Origin: Anaerolineales bacterium
GTDB taxonomy: Bacteria; Chloroflexota; Anaerolineae; Anaerolineales; RBG-16-64-43
Reading direction: 5' to 3'
Assembly (NCBI GenBank): GCA_016932475.1
Contig: JAFGCU010000025.1
Span: 30,808 to 94,807, forward strand
Length of the DNA: 64,000 nucleotides
Shown here: positions 39,946-51,726 of the stretch, piece after piece
Layout: every line of letters begins with the position of its first letter
Position numbering within the stretch: the stretch's first letter is position 1
Notes under the pieces: model-generated
The model's database searches: none
Seen by the model: only the letters and a program-made list of their open reading frames with translations
What the model was told of the DNA's origin: nothing
Program-made: the position numbers and the translations under genes

Positions 39946-40988
39946 TAAATCGGATGCAATCCCGAGAATTCCAGTCCGGCCGTCTCTTCGAACCCGAACA
40001 TCACGTTCATCGCCTGGACGGCGGATCCCGAGGCGCCCTTCATCAAATTGTCGATCGCCGCCATCGCGACGATCCGTCCCGTATCCGGGTCGAGTTCGAA
40101 GCCCACATCCACATAATTGCTGCCCGCCAGGATTTTCGGATCCGGCACCCGGTGCACGCCGGTCTTTTCCTTGACGATGCGGATGAACGGCTCCTCCTTG
40201 GCGAACCCCCGGAACGCGCGCCACAAATCCTTTTCGGTGACGCCCGGCTTGGCGAAGCAGTGCGCCGCCGCCAGCGCGCCGCGGACCAGATCGACGGAGG
40301 TGATGGTCAGGTGCACATCCGGCAGATTCAACTCCTGGATCACCTCGGCGGTGTGCCGGTGGCCGGAAGGGGCGTACGTGCGGATCACGCTCGACCGTTC
40401 CGGATGGTGCGAGCCGGCGTTCGGGCTGGCCCCCCCTTCGGAGGACCCGACCTTGACATCGACGATGATCGGGCGCGCCGGGTCGATCAGCCCGCCGCGC
40501 ACCAGCGGCGCGAGCGCCAGGTTGGCCGCGGTCGCGTTGCACCCCACCCCGCTGATGTATTTCGCCGTGGGCATTTCCCCACGGTGGAATTCCGGCAACC
40601 CGTACACGAATTTGCCTATCCATTCCGGCGCCTGGTGGTCCAGCTTGTACCATTTCTTATAGAGCGCCGGATCCTTCAGGCGGAAATCCGCCGACAGGTC
40701 GACGATCTTCCCGGCCAGCTCCGCATAACGCCCGATTTCCTTTTGCGCCTCCCCGTGCGGCAGGGCGAGGAACAGGACATCGCACGGCTGCAGCACCTGG
40801 CGCGAGACGAATTGCATCGCCGTCCGCTTGCGCAGGTTCGGGTGCATCGAATAGACGTATTCACCGACGTGCCGCTCCGATGTCGCCTGGATCACCTCGA
40901 CCTGCGGGTGGCCGAGCAACAGGCGCAGCAATTCGCCGCCGGTGTATCCGGAGGCGCCGACGATCCCGGCTTTCCTTTTTTCGCTCAT
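39945..40988 (-). CDS. lysY: [LysW]-phosphoaminoadipate/glutamyl-phosphate reductase (ArgC-like)
   Basis: [56 protein letters not shown]. Confidence 0.95.
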   Translation of the reverse strand: MSEKRKAGIVGASGYTGGELLRLLLGHPQVEVIQATSERHVGEYVYSMHPNLRKRTAMQFVSRQVLQPCDVLFLALPHGEAQKEIGRYAELAGKIVDLSADFRLKDPALYKKWYKLDHQAPEWIGKFVYGLPEFHRGEMPTAKYISGVGCNATAANLALAPLVRGGLIDPARPIIVDVKVGSSEGGASPNAGSHHPERSSVIRTYAPSGHRHTAEVIQELNLPDVHLTITSVDLVRGALAAAHCFAKPGVTEKDLWRAFRGFAKEEPFIRIVKEKTGVHRVPDPKILAGSNYVDVGFELDPDTGRIVAMAAIDNLMKGASGSAVQAMNVMFGFEETAGLEFSGLHPI

Positions 40989-41896
40989 TTTAGAATCTCC
41001 ATAATCGCCGCGTGCGGCACCGGGTTGTACTGTGCGCGGAATTCGTCCTTTTTCTTCCCCACCTCGATGGTGTAGTCGATCACAAATCCGGGGATGTCGA
41101 TCCCGGTGGCCGGGACCGAGGTGTGGAACTCCATCGTGTGGTTGACCTCGTTGACCAGGTATCCGCGATCCTTGTCCTCGAGGATGTCCACCGCCAGTAC
41201 GCCCCCGCCGACGGCCCGCGCCGCGGCGACGCAGATCCTGTCCAGATCGGGCGTCACCGGGCAGGCCGAGCCCTGCCCGCCGCGCGCGGTGTTGGTGATC
41301 CAATGCTCCGACGTGCGGTAGATCGCGGCGATCGTACGGTCGCCGACGACAAACGCGCGGATGTCGCGTCCCGGCTTTTTGATGTATTCCTGGATGTAGA
41401 AGATATTCTGCTGGTAGTTGCCCAGCACTTCCCGGGCTTCGAGAATCGCCTCGGCCGCGTCGCGGTCGTTGATTTTGGAGACCATCCGGCCCCACGATCC
41501 GATGACCGGTTTGAGCACCACCGGATACCCCATCTCCTCAATCGCCGCCACGGCGCTTTCCGGCGTGAACGCGACCTTCACCTCGGGCTGGGGAATTCCC
41601 GCAAACTTGAGGGCCGCCGAAGTCCACAGTTTGTCGCCGCAGGTATCGGCCACCGCCGAGGTGTTGACCGTCGGAATGCCCCAGCCGTTGAGGATTTTGC
41701 AGGCGTACAAACCGCGCCCGTACGACAGGCTGCGTTCGAGCAGCACCGAGAGATGATCCCATTCCCCGGGATGATTGAGGTCGAACTTCGCCTCCCGGTC
41801 GTCGATTTTTTCGTAATCGGCCCCGCGCTTTTCAAGCGCCTCGAACAGCCATTTTTCCTCGATCCGCAACCGGGTCATCAACACGCCGATCTTCAT
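40985..41896 (-). CDS. lysX: LysW ligase (RimK-like ATP-grasp), LysX/ArgX family
   Basis: [51 protein letters not shown]. Confidence 0.95.
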   Translation of the reverse strand: MKIGVLMTRLRIEEKWLFEALEKRGADYEKIDDREAKFDLNHPGEWDHLSVLLERSLSYGRGLYACKILNGWGIPTVNTSAVADTCGDKLWTSAALKFAGIPQPEVKVAFTPESAVAAIEEMGYPVVLKPVIGSWGRMVSKINDRDAAEAILEAREVLGNYQQNIFYIQEYIKKPGRDIRAFVVGDRTIAAIYRTSEHWITNTARGGQGSACPVTPDLDRICVAAARAVGGGVLAVDILEDKDRGYLVNEVNHTMEFHTSVPATGIDIPGFVIDYTIEVGKKKDEFRAQYNPVPHAAIMEILK

Positions 41897-41939
41897 CGCC
41901 GCCGCCTCTCCGCCTTCCGTGAAATCCGGTCCCGCATTC

Positions 41940-42107
41940 CTATTCGCCCCAGTCTTCGGCTTCTTTCGGCGCCAGGGTCAACTGGACGGGTTCGAGCGCC
42001 GTGAGCTCCAACTCGACTCCGCAATCCGGGCAGATGATAATTTCCCCCGTCTGCGCATCGTCCGGGATCGCCACTTCCGCTTCACACTCCGGGCATAGAC
42101 CTTTCAT
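41940..42107 (-). CDS. lysW: Amino-group carrier protein LysW, 55 aa
   Basis: CPECE..CPDCG zinc finger and C-terminal EDWGE. Confidence 0.97.
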   Translation of the reverse strand: MKGLCPECEAEVAIPDDAQTGEIIICPDCGVELELTALEPVQLTLAPKEAEDWGE

Positions 42108-42303
42108 TTCCATTCTCCTTTGGGGCGCGCTCCGGCGCGCCATGAATTTAATTCCTGCCGTGCGTCGATCGATTCGCACTATCTACATATACGTTTTTTA
42201 TGGATCACTCGGATTTCGTCAGCCATCCCTTCCTTCGATCCCAAAATTTTTTAACCTCCGCGAAATCCGCAGACGAGATTTCGGTTCGGTTGCATTTCCG
42301 GTT

Positions 42304-43677
<1,374 letters not shown>

Positions 43678-43701
43678 CGTCGTATCCTTCCCCGCCAGAC
43701 C

Positions 43702-43800
43702 TCTCCCACCTCCCCCTCGTTCCCCCTCCTCCCTCCCCGTAACGGGGAGGGAGGAGGGGGAAGTCCCGAGCGCAGCGAGGGATAGGGGGAGGTGGGAGGG
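43702..43800. repeat. CCCTC-family palindromic element at argG/argH junction
   Basis: Outer 15-bp stem ctcccacctccccct/agggggaggtgggag, inner 18-bp stem ccccctcctccctccccg-taa-cggggagggaggaggggg; inverted homolog at 52845-52952. Confidence 0.9.
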
Positions 43801-43806
43801 GTCTGG

Positions 43807-45066
<1,260 letters not shown>

Positions 45067-45137
45067 ACGCTTCTCCTTCTCTCCCGACCGGTTTCCCGTC
45101 ATCCGGCCGGCGCGGCCGGGTGCGGGCGCCTGTATAC

Positions 45138-45166
45138 AAAAAAAGCCCTCCGGGTGACGGAGGGCT
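45138..45166 (-). terminator. Intrinsic terminator inside the argG leader (attenuator)
   Basis: Minus strand agccctccg-tcacc-cggagggct followed by TTTTTTT, 72 nt upstream of argG start. Confidence 0.9.
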
Positions 45167-45211
45167 CTGAAATTTGGATCACCATGCTTGTCCGCGCTCG
45201 GCCAAGCGTAA

Positions 45212-45283
45212 TCAGCCCACCTTCCCGATTTCCGGGTGGATGAAAGGACGACGAGCGCGAGCCTTCAAAAGATTAGCATCCAT
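45212..45283 (-). CDS. Putative attenuation leader peptide [23 protein letters not shown] (23 aa)
   Basis: ATG 11 nt after the -10 box; three Arg codons in four (CGC GCT CGT CGT) plus two Lys; stop 45 nt before the terminator. Confidence 0.7.
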   Translation of the reverse strand: MDANLLKARARRPFIHPEIGKVG

Positions 45284-45294
45284 TACGAAGGTGA

Positions 45295-45323
45295 ATTTTA
45301 CCGGAGGTTGCATCCGATGTCAA
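45295..45323 (-). promoter_or_regulatory. Sigma70-type promoter of the arg/lys operon
   Basis: TTGACA (45323-45318), 17-bp spacer, TAAAAT (45300-45295). Confidence 0.85.
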
Positions 45324-45499
45324 GCCGCCGGGAGGATAATAAACCGAACATCATCCCCGAGTGCTCTTATCGGGGATCCATTATCTGGTTCCTGGATGCC
45401 CGACAAGTTCACCCTCGATTCGCAAGCATAGCCGCTCATAAACCCGGATCGAGCAGCTACGCTCCGCGAGGGCATGCTCGGGCATGATCTTCTCTCGAC

Positions 45500-46648
45500 T
45501 CAATTATCGCACCCGTGCTCCTCGCCCGCGTTGCACGGCGCGGTAAGCCAGATGTAGACGAGGAAGCTGTGTTCGTTACTTTTTACGACATAACCATCGT
45601 TCGCTGGATTGCGCGAAAGGTTTTCGGGTAGATAATTTTCTACCTTCCCCGCTCCATACCTTGCCGGCGTCACACCCGCTTCCACTCCGACGTACCATTC
45701 ACCGGGCAGATCCATCGGGACGTTGTCGATGTAGATGATCAAGCTGGTTATGCCATCGTCGAAAACGCTCACCCCGCCCGCAAAAAAGTTCATCACCCCG
45801 TTGACCACCTCGGTGCACGATCCTCTATCTCCACCAAGGCCGGGGCCTGAGTATTCAATGATGCACTGCCCAGGATACCCGATACTAGCATACGGCCCTC
45901 CTGCCGCGACCCCCCCGTACAGCGGGATTACCCGGCCCGAGCCGCCCCCGTTCGAATCCGGATCCCCCGCCAGTTTCAGGTACTGTGAAGGCAGGTCGGT
46001 CGTCCGCGGATCGGCTTTCAGGAAGTTAAAACCCGGGTGACTGGCGATAAAAGCGTCGATCTCCGCGCTGGTCCACAGCCCGGTATCGCCCTCGGCCGTG
46101 AAACCTTCCGGCGTCCAAGTTCCCAGCGACCACTTCTCTGGAAACATGAAGCGTAAGGGGTATTCATCCATTGGAGTGGTTATCCACCCAAGCCATTGTT
46201 CAGTTCTATCTGTTGGTTTTAACCATACCTTAATACTTTCACCAGTAATATGCCGGTACACCGTCTCGGTGTGAGTGATGCATTGCGCCTGCCGGTGATA
46301 GAACAGGCCGTTCTTCCGATAAGGGGAGCATTTCGGAAGAGCATTATCCGGCTGGTCGAGACCGATGCATACCTGCTCTTCGGTTTCGTAGGTGATTGTT
46401 CCCGGATAAGAGACGATCTCGACCACAATATCCACACCGCGGTGCTTGTCATCCTGTGTCACTACCACAGGATTCTCCGGCGCTGCTTTCTCAGCAATGA
46501 TAATATTAAATCCCCAATCTCCCCCGTCCGAATATGTAACTTTTCCCGTATCATTGCATCCGCCCCCTGTCTGCGCCCGGGCAACCATTTTTTCAGAGAG
46601 AAGGAGGTAAACAGAGAATAAAATAAAACAGGCAATTTTCTTTCTCAT
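45500..46648 (-). CDS. Exported Cys-rich hypothetical protein
   Basis: Signal peptide MRKKIACFILFSVYLLL..ARA, GGAGG 5 nt upstream, several Cys, AT-richer than genome. Confidence 0.75.
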   Translation of the reverse strand: MRKKIACFILFSVYLLLSEKMVARAQTGGGCNDTGKVTYSDGGDWGFNIIIAEKAAPENPVVVTQDDKHRGVDIVVEIVSYPGTITYETEEQVCIGLDQPDNALPKCSPYRKNGLFYHRQAQCITHTETVYRHITGESIKVWLKPTDRTEQWLGWITTPMDEYPLRFMFPEKWSLGTWTPEGFTAEGDTGLWTSAEIDAFIASHPGFNFLKADPRTTDLPSQYLKLAGDPDSNGGGSGRVIPLYGGVAAGGPYASIGYPGQCIIEYSGPGLGGDRGSCTEVVNGVMNFFAGGVSVFDDGITSLIIYIDNVPMDLPGEWYVGVEAGVTPARYGAGKVENYLPENLSRNPANDGYVVKSNEHSFLVYIWLTAPCNAGEEHGCDN

Positions 46649-46680
46649 TGCGGCCTCCGTCATGCAGCCTGAGAGCAAAC

Positions 46681-47790
46681 CTATTCATATCCGATCAGTT
46701 CTTGGCACATAAATCTCCTTTGGATTTCAAATAGAACACGAATATGATCCACCTGCATCAAATCCTGTTCGTTCAATTTAATGGCCGGTCTCCACCATTG
46801 TGTGAATGAATCGGATTTATCCCATTTCCCACCTGTCGGATCTTCATTGCTTCCCACTCCACGCAAATGTTTATAACCCGTAGGATCGCAAAACATTGTG
46901 GTGCAAGTTGGAGTTTTATAATTAAGGATATTTAATATTTCACCGTCATTGTCATATAGCACAATCCAGGAGTGCGAATCATGATCATGGAGATAATCCG
47001 GCACGATATAATCAACATCATAATCGATAACGATTTCTTCGCCTTCGATGAGATATTCGAGATTTTCGACTTGCGGATGATAGTTGGCATAAAAATTATC
47101 AGGGTGTTCCCGGAAAGGGTAAAAGCCCTCGATCTCTTCCCAGCGCTTGTAGAAACCTTGGTACCCATTAAGCTGGTAACCCAATTGGTTCGGAGGTACG
47201 CTCAGCTCTGAACTTGAATAATCATTTGACGAGTCGCCATACAAGGAATTAATACTGACAACCAAGACCCCTGTTTCGCCCGGATACAACACACAGCTCA
47301 TCGCTTTCTGATAATCCGTGCCGGGCCGGATAAATGCCCCAAGGACATCATGCATATAAATACCCGCAACATGAAGCCACCACCTCTCCAAATTCATCCG
47401 CAATCCGTTTTCCCTTCCCGGGAAGATCATCTCATAATCCGTGTTGTTGCGCATCTCCGCGAATAGATACTCCACCCTGTTATATTCCTTACTGCCCGCC
47501 CACCAATAGGCATTCCCTTCCCGCACCGTCACGTTGAAAAGTTCCAGGTCCGGAGCCGGGCCGGGGCTGGGCGTGACGAACGGCGCCGCGGTCGGGATCG
47601 CCGTCGCCGTCGGCGTCTCGGTCGGCGGCCCAGCCGGGGTATCGCTCGGCCTTCGCGTCTTCGTCGCCGCGGAGGCACTTGCCCCGGGAAACGAAGCCGC
47701 CCCAGCCGTACAACCGGCAAGTAAAATGATCGAAAGCGAAAAAACCAACATGCGATTTCTTTGCGACGCATTCATATTCGGCATCTCCAT
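46681..47790 (-). CDS. Hypothetical lipoprotein with Pro/Thr linker and AT-rich C-terminal domain
   Basis: Lipobox ILLAGC, PTETPTAT linker; exact start uncertain. Confidence 0.75.
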   Translation of the reverse strand: MEMPNMNASQRNRMLVFSLSIILLAGCTAGAASFPGASASAATKTRRPSDTPAGPPTETPTATAIPTAAPFVTPSPGPAPDLELFNVTVREGNAYWWAGSKEYNRVEYLFAEMRNNTDYEMIFPGRENGLRMNLERWWLHVAGIYMHDVLGAFIRPGTDYQKAMSCVLYPGETGVLVVSINSLYGDSSNDYSSSELSVPPNQLGYQLNGYQGFYKRWEEIEGFYPFREHPDNFYANYHPQVENLEYLIEGEEIVIDYDVDYIVPDYLHDHDSHSWIVLYDNDGEILNILNYKTPTCTTMFCDPTGYKHLRGVGSNEDPTGGKWDKSDSFTQWWRPAIKLNEQDLMQVDHIRVLFEIQRRFMCQELIGYE

Positions 47791-47803
47791 CGGAGGACTC
47801 TCT

Positions 47804-48262
47804 TCAGCCGCCGATTATCCAGTTGCTCGTCGTCCCGAACTTGGCCTTGACTGTGACCGTATTCACAAGATTGATGGATATGCTGCCCCCCGTCAGCATC
47901 AACCGGACGCTCGCCCGGCCGGTGCAGGTCGCGGTCACCATTTTCAGGAAAGGCCCCTTATCTTCCACGGTGTAAGCCATGTTGGTCAGCGATCCACCCT
48001 CCGGGATATTGTAGCTGAACAGCCGGATCCCCTCGCTGCGTGCTTCGGGCGCCAGCCGCACGCCCTGGCCGTCCTGGAACGCCTGCATGTCCGGCGTGTT
48101 GGCGTAAGCCGAGCAAGCCGCTTCCACCGCGTTCGCCAGTTCCGCCTTCTTCAGCCAGATCCGGGTCCCGTCCACCGTCAGCGCCATGAGCGGGACGCCC
48201 ACCAAACCGATGAAGGCGGCGTACAGCGCCATCACCCCGCCGCTTCTTCTGGTCCGTTTCAT
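47804..48262 (-). CDS. TadG-like Flp pilus accessory protein
   Basis: RRSGGV prepilin-like start, hydrophobic helix, VDG.RIW..K.EL.NAVEAAC. Confidence 0.75.
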   Translation of the reverse strand: MKRTRRSGGVMALYAAFIGLVGVPLMALTVDGTRIWLKKAELANAVEAACSAYANTPDMQAFQDGQGVRLAPEARSEGIRLFSYNIPEGGSLTNMAYTVEDKGPFLKMVTATCTGRASVRLMLTGGSISINLVNTVTVKAKFGTTSNWIIGG

Positions 48263-48675
48263 GGCCGGAACCCCTCCCGGCGCCAAACGGCCCGCGCCTC
48301 CCCGGAAAAAGCAGCCGGGCATCCCTCCCCGAATAGAGTGCAGATCCCGGCCATGATCGTCGGCGTGCTCCAGCCTACCGTCACCGAAACGACCGTCTCA
48401 CGGCCGGAACCGAGCAGGAGCACCTCGACCGGGAATTCCCCGCTCCCTCCCACGCCGGATTGCGCCAGGGAGGCTTTGGCGGCGGATTCGGCGTACGCGC
48501 GGGCATTGGTTCCGGCCACCGCGCCCACCCGCGCCCCGTAGTTCGCCGCGTTGCGGGCCGCCATCGCCGCATACCCGGCCCGGCTCACGTTCAACGTGAG
48601 CACCAGGATCAGCAGCACCACCGGCATCGAGATCGCCGCTTCGGCCATGTTGCCTGCGTTTTTATCGGTCAGCAT
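48259..48675 (-). CDS. TadE-like minor pilin
   Basis: AGNMAEAAISMPVVLL (G..xE), AARNAANYGARVGAV. Confidence 0.85.
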   Translation of the reverse strand: MLTDKNAGNMAEAAISMPVVLLILVLTLNVSRAGYAAMAARNAANYGARVGAVAGTNARAYAESAAKASLAQSGVGGSGEFPVEVLLLGSGRETVVSVTVGWSTPTIMAGICTLFGEGCPAAFSGEARAVWRREGFRP

Positions 48676-48702
48676 GCAAGCCTCCTGCCTCGCCTCACTT
48701 CC

Positions 48703-49104
48703 TCACCACCCTTCCCGTTTCCTCGTGGCGGTCGTCACTCCGCCGAAATGCTCCGGGCAATCGCCGCCGAAATAATTGCACAACCCCGATAGCATCGAGG
48801 GATAACTCCAGGCGACCATCACCTTCACCGCGCCGCCGGGCTCCTGATCCACCTTGACGCTGAAGGTGTAGCTCCCGCCGGCGCGTGATTTCCGCAGCGC
48901 CGCGCTCACCGCCGCCGATGCCCACTGCTCCGGATTGGAACGCGCCACCGCACCCGCCCGCGCCCCCTCATTGGCGGCGTTCGCCGCCGACATCGCGGTG
49001 TAACCGGCCAGCGAGCCGTTGATCACAAACATCAACACCAGCATCACCACCGGCAGGACCACCGCCGATTCGGCCATCTCCGCGCCGCGCCTGTCAGTCC
49101 GCAT
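48703..49104 (-). CDS. TadE-like minor pilin
   Basis: RRGAEMAESAVVLPVV, AANAANEGARAGAV; paralogous to adjacent gene, same C-terminal R.EG. Confidence 0.85.
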   Translation of the reverse strand: MRTDRRGAEMAESAVVLPVVMLVLMFVINGSLAGYTAMSAANAANEGARAGAVARSNPEQWASAAVSAALRKSRAGGSYTFSVKVDQEPGGAVKVMVAWSYPSMLSGLCNYFGGDCPEHFGGVTTATRKREGW

Positions 49105-49110
49105 GGATCC

Positions 49111-49177
49111 CTCCTTCCTCATCCCATCTCCTGCACACCTTCCCCTTCTTCCAACCTGAGTTGGGAGAGGAGGAAGG
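49111..49177. repeat. CCCTC-family element remnant in tadE leader
   Basis: ctccttcctca..ccatctcctg left arm shared with 23827 and 39877; ccttcc..ttccaac-ctga-gttggga..ggaagg hairpin. Confidence 0.6.
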
Positions 49178-49256
49178 AACGCAAAAGGGCGCCCCGGCAC
49201 GGATGACCCGCGCGGAGGCACCCATGGAAAAATCGTTTTCGCAAATCCGATTACAC

Positions 49257-49283
49257 GAGTGAGTGAGTGAGTGAGTGAGTGAG
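49257..49283. repeat. Tetranucleotide microsatellite (GAGT)6GAG
   Basis: Direct read of sequence. Confidence 0.95.
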
Positions 49284-49313
49284 CCTCATCCGGCCCCCTT
49301 TTTGAATGCACAA

Positions 49314-49342
49314 AATATACTCCCGACCCTGATTCCGGTCAA
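49314..49342 (-). promoter_or_regulatory. Sigma70-type promoter of tadE cluster
   Basis: TTGACC (49342-49337), 17-bp spacer, TATATT (49319-49314). Confidence 0.65.
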
Positions 49343-49431
49343 ATCCTGGATGCCCGAAAAAACCACTCGGGAATGCAGCCGCCGGGAGGATATAATACGC
49401 GAGTCTCCAACGCGACGGAAAGGAAACCACC

Positions 49432-50460
49432 ATGCGGATCGCTCTCGATGCAATGGGTTCGGATCAGTTCCCGCGGCCGGATGTGGAAGGCGCGGTGATG
49501 GCGGCGCGCGAGTACGGCGAGGAAGTGCTGCTGATCGGCGACGAAAAGCTCGTGCGCCCGGCGCTGGAATCGTTCGCGCCGGAAAAGCTGCCGATCACGC
49601 TCATCCACGCGCCCGAAATGCTGACCATGCAGGAAAAAGGGCTGGCGCTCGCGCTCAAGGCCAAACAGAAGGAACCGAAGACTTCGATGGCGGTCGGCGT
49701 CGATCTGGTCAAGCAGGGCAGGGCCGACGCCTTCGTAACGATGGGCAACACGGGCGCGGCCGCCTCGGTGGCCTTCTTCCGCCTCGGAATGCTCCCGGGG
49801 ATCGAGCGGCCGGCGCTCGCGCCGGTCTTCCCCACGCGCAAGGGTTTTTGCGTGGTGCTCGACATCGGGATCAATCCGGATCTCCAGCCGAAGAACCTCA
49901 TGGAGTTCGCCGTCATGGGAGCGGTGTATGCCGAAGCCGTGCGCGGCGTGAAACGGCCGCGGGTGGCGCTGCTTTCCAACGGCGAGGAAGCCGGCAAGGG
50001 CAATTTCCTGGTCCGCGAAGCCACGCCGCTGTTTGCGGAGAGCGGGCTGAACTTCACCGGCAACGCCGAACCGAAGGAAGTCTACGCCGGGAACGTCGAC
50101 GTGCTGGTCACCGACGGCTTTACGGGGAACGTCTTCCTGAAATCCTCGGAGGCGGTGGCCAAGTTGATCGTCGACACGATGAAGGAAAAAATCCTGGGGG
50201 GATCGCTGCCCGTGAAACTGGGCGGCCTGCTGGTAAAGCCCGCGCTGGCGGACATAAAAAAAATGCTCGATCCGAGCGAGGAAGGCGCGGCCCCGCTCCT
50301 CGGGGTGGACGGGCTGGTGTTCATCGGCCACGGCCGCTCGGACTCGCTGGCGGTGAAGAACGCCATCCGGGTCGCGGCCGGCGCCGCCCGCTCCGGGATG
50401 CAGGATCTTATCCGCAAGGAAATTTCAAGGCTCGCTTCCGGCACACCGGGGGCTTCCTAA
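49432..50460 (+). CDS. plsX: Phosphate acyltransferase
   Basis: IALDAMGSD, GNTGA, IERPALA, LDIG, VALLSNGEEAGKG, VTDGFTGNVFLK, HGRS. Confidence 0.95.
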   Translation: MRIALDAMGSDQFPRPDVEGAVMAAREYGEEVLLIGDEKLVRPALESFAPEKLPITLIHAPEMLTMQEKGLALALKAKQKEPKTSMAVGVDLVKQGRADAFVTMGNTGAAASVAFFRLGMLPGIERPALAPVFPTRKGFCVVLDIGINPDLQPKNLMEFAVMGAVYAEAVRGVKRPRVALLSNGEEAGKGNFLVREATPLFAESGLNFTGNAEPKEVYAGNVDVLVTDGFTGNVFLKSSEAVAKLIVDTMKEKILGGSLPVKLGGLLVKPALADIKKMLDPSEEGAAPLLGVDGLVFIGHGRSDSLAVKNAIRVAAGAARSGMQDLIRKEISRLASGTPGAS

Positions 50461-50469
50461 GGAGACCGC

Positions 50470-51726
50470 ATGAACAATAGTAGACCCCGCGTGGTGATCA
50501 CCGGAATCGGCGCGATTACGCCGCTCGGCCTGACGGCGGCGGAACTGTGGGAAGGCCTGCTGGCCGGCCGGTCGGGCATCACCCGGATCACCCAGTTCGA
50601 CGCCAGCCCCCTGCCGTGCCAGATCGCGGGGGAAGTGAAGAATTTCGATCCCGGCAAGTACATCAATATAAAGGAAGCCCGCCGGATGGCGCGCTGTTCC
50701 CAGCTGGCCCTCTGCACCGCGCAGGAGGCCATCCAGGCCGCCGGCCTGGATGGCGGTTTCCCGGATCCGGAGCGGGTGGGCGTCCTACTCGGGACCGCCG
50801 TCGGCGGCTGGGACAGGATGTCCGAGGGGCTGAAAGTGATGTGGAGCCAGGGTTATATGAAGGTCAATCCCTTCATCCCGCCCTCGTCGATCCCGAACAT
50901 GCCGGCCCATCACCTCTCTCAAAAATACCAGACCTACGGACCGCTCAACACCGTCCCGACCGCGTGCGCGGCGGGGACCCAGGCGCTCGGCGAAGCCGCC
51001 GAATTGATCCGCCGCGGCGCGGCGGACATCGTCATCAGCGGCGGCACGGAAGCCCTGGTGCTGGATTTCATGATCGCCTCGTTCTGCGTGATGCGGGCGC
51101 TGCCGCTGAGTTTCAACAACGATCCGGAACGCGCTTCGCGCCCCTTTACCAGGAACCGCGAAGGGTTCGTGTTCTCCGAAGGCTGCGCGATCCATATCGT
51201 CGAGAGCCTCGAGAGCGCGCGCCGGCGCGGCGCGAAGATCCTCGCCGAAATCCTCGGGCATTCCTCCTCCTCGGACGCCTTCCACATCGCCGCGCCGGAT
51301 CCGACCAGCGCGGGCGCGATCCGCGCGATCCGCTGGGCGCTGAAGGATGCCGGCATTGCGCCCGAACAGGTGGATTACATCAACGCCCACGGCACCTCCA
51401 CGCCGGCCAACGACCTGATGGAAACCAACGCGATCAAGCAGGTCTTCGGCGAGCGCGCGCGCAAGATCCCCATTTCCTCCACCAAATCCATGGTCGGGCA
51501 TCCGCTGGGAGCCGCCGGCGCGGTCGAAGCGGCGGCCTGCGTCCAGACTCTGCTGCACGGGAAGATCCACCCGACGGTCAACTACGACAACCCCGATCCG
51601 GAATGCGACCTGGATTACGTGCCGGCAACCGCCCGCGCGGCCGACGTCCGGATCGCCCTCTCCAATTCCTTCGGCCTGGGCGGGCAGAATGCCTGCCTGG
51701 TCTTCCGGAAGTGGGAGGGCGAATGA
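50470..51726 (+). CDS. fabF: 3-oxoacyl-ACP synthase II
   Basis: TACAAG catalytic Cys, INAHGTST, STKSMVGH, SNSFGLGG. Confidence 0.95.
   Translation: MNNSRPRVVITGIGAITPLGLTAAELWEGLLAGRSGITRITQFDASPLPCQIAGEVKNFDPGKYINIKEARRMARCSQLALCTAQEAIQAAGLDGGFPDPERVGVLLGTAVGGWDRMSEGLKVMWSQGYMKVNPFIPPSSIPNMPAHHLSQKYQTYGPLNTVPTACAAGTQALGEAAELIRRGAADIVISGGTEALVLDFMIASFCVMRALPLSFNNDPERASRPFTRNREGFVFSEGCAIHIVESLESARRRGAKILAEILGHSSSSDAFHIAAPDPTSAGAIRAIRWALKDAGIAPEQVDYINAHGTSTPANDLMETNAIKQVFGERARKIPISSTKSMVGHPLGAAGAVEAAACVQTLLHGKIHPTVNYDNPDPECDLDYVPATARAADVRIALSNSFGLGGQNACLVFRKWEGE

Noticed and set aside
42141-42160. ArgR box (atgaatttaattcct) before lysW
   Set aside because: Only 3 nt between half-sites instead of 4, right half imperfect, single copy.
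45138-45290. T-box riboswitch upstream of argG
   Set aside because: GGTGG is followed by GCTG, not NACC; promoter-to-terminator distance of about 150 nt leaves no room for a typical stem I; an Arg-rich uORF explains it better.
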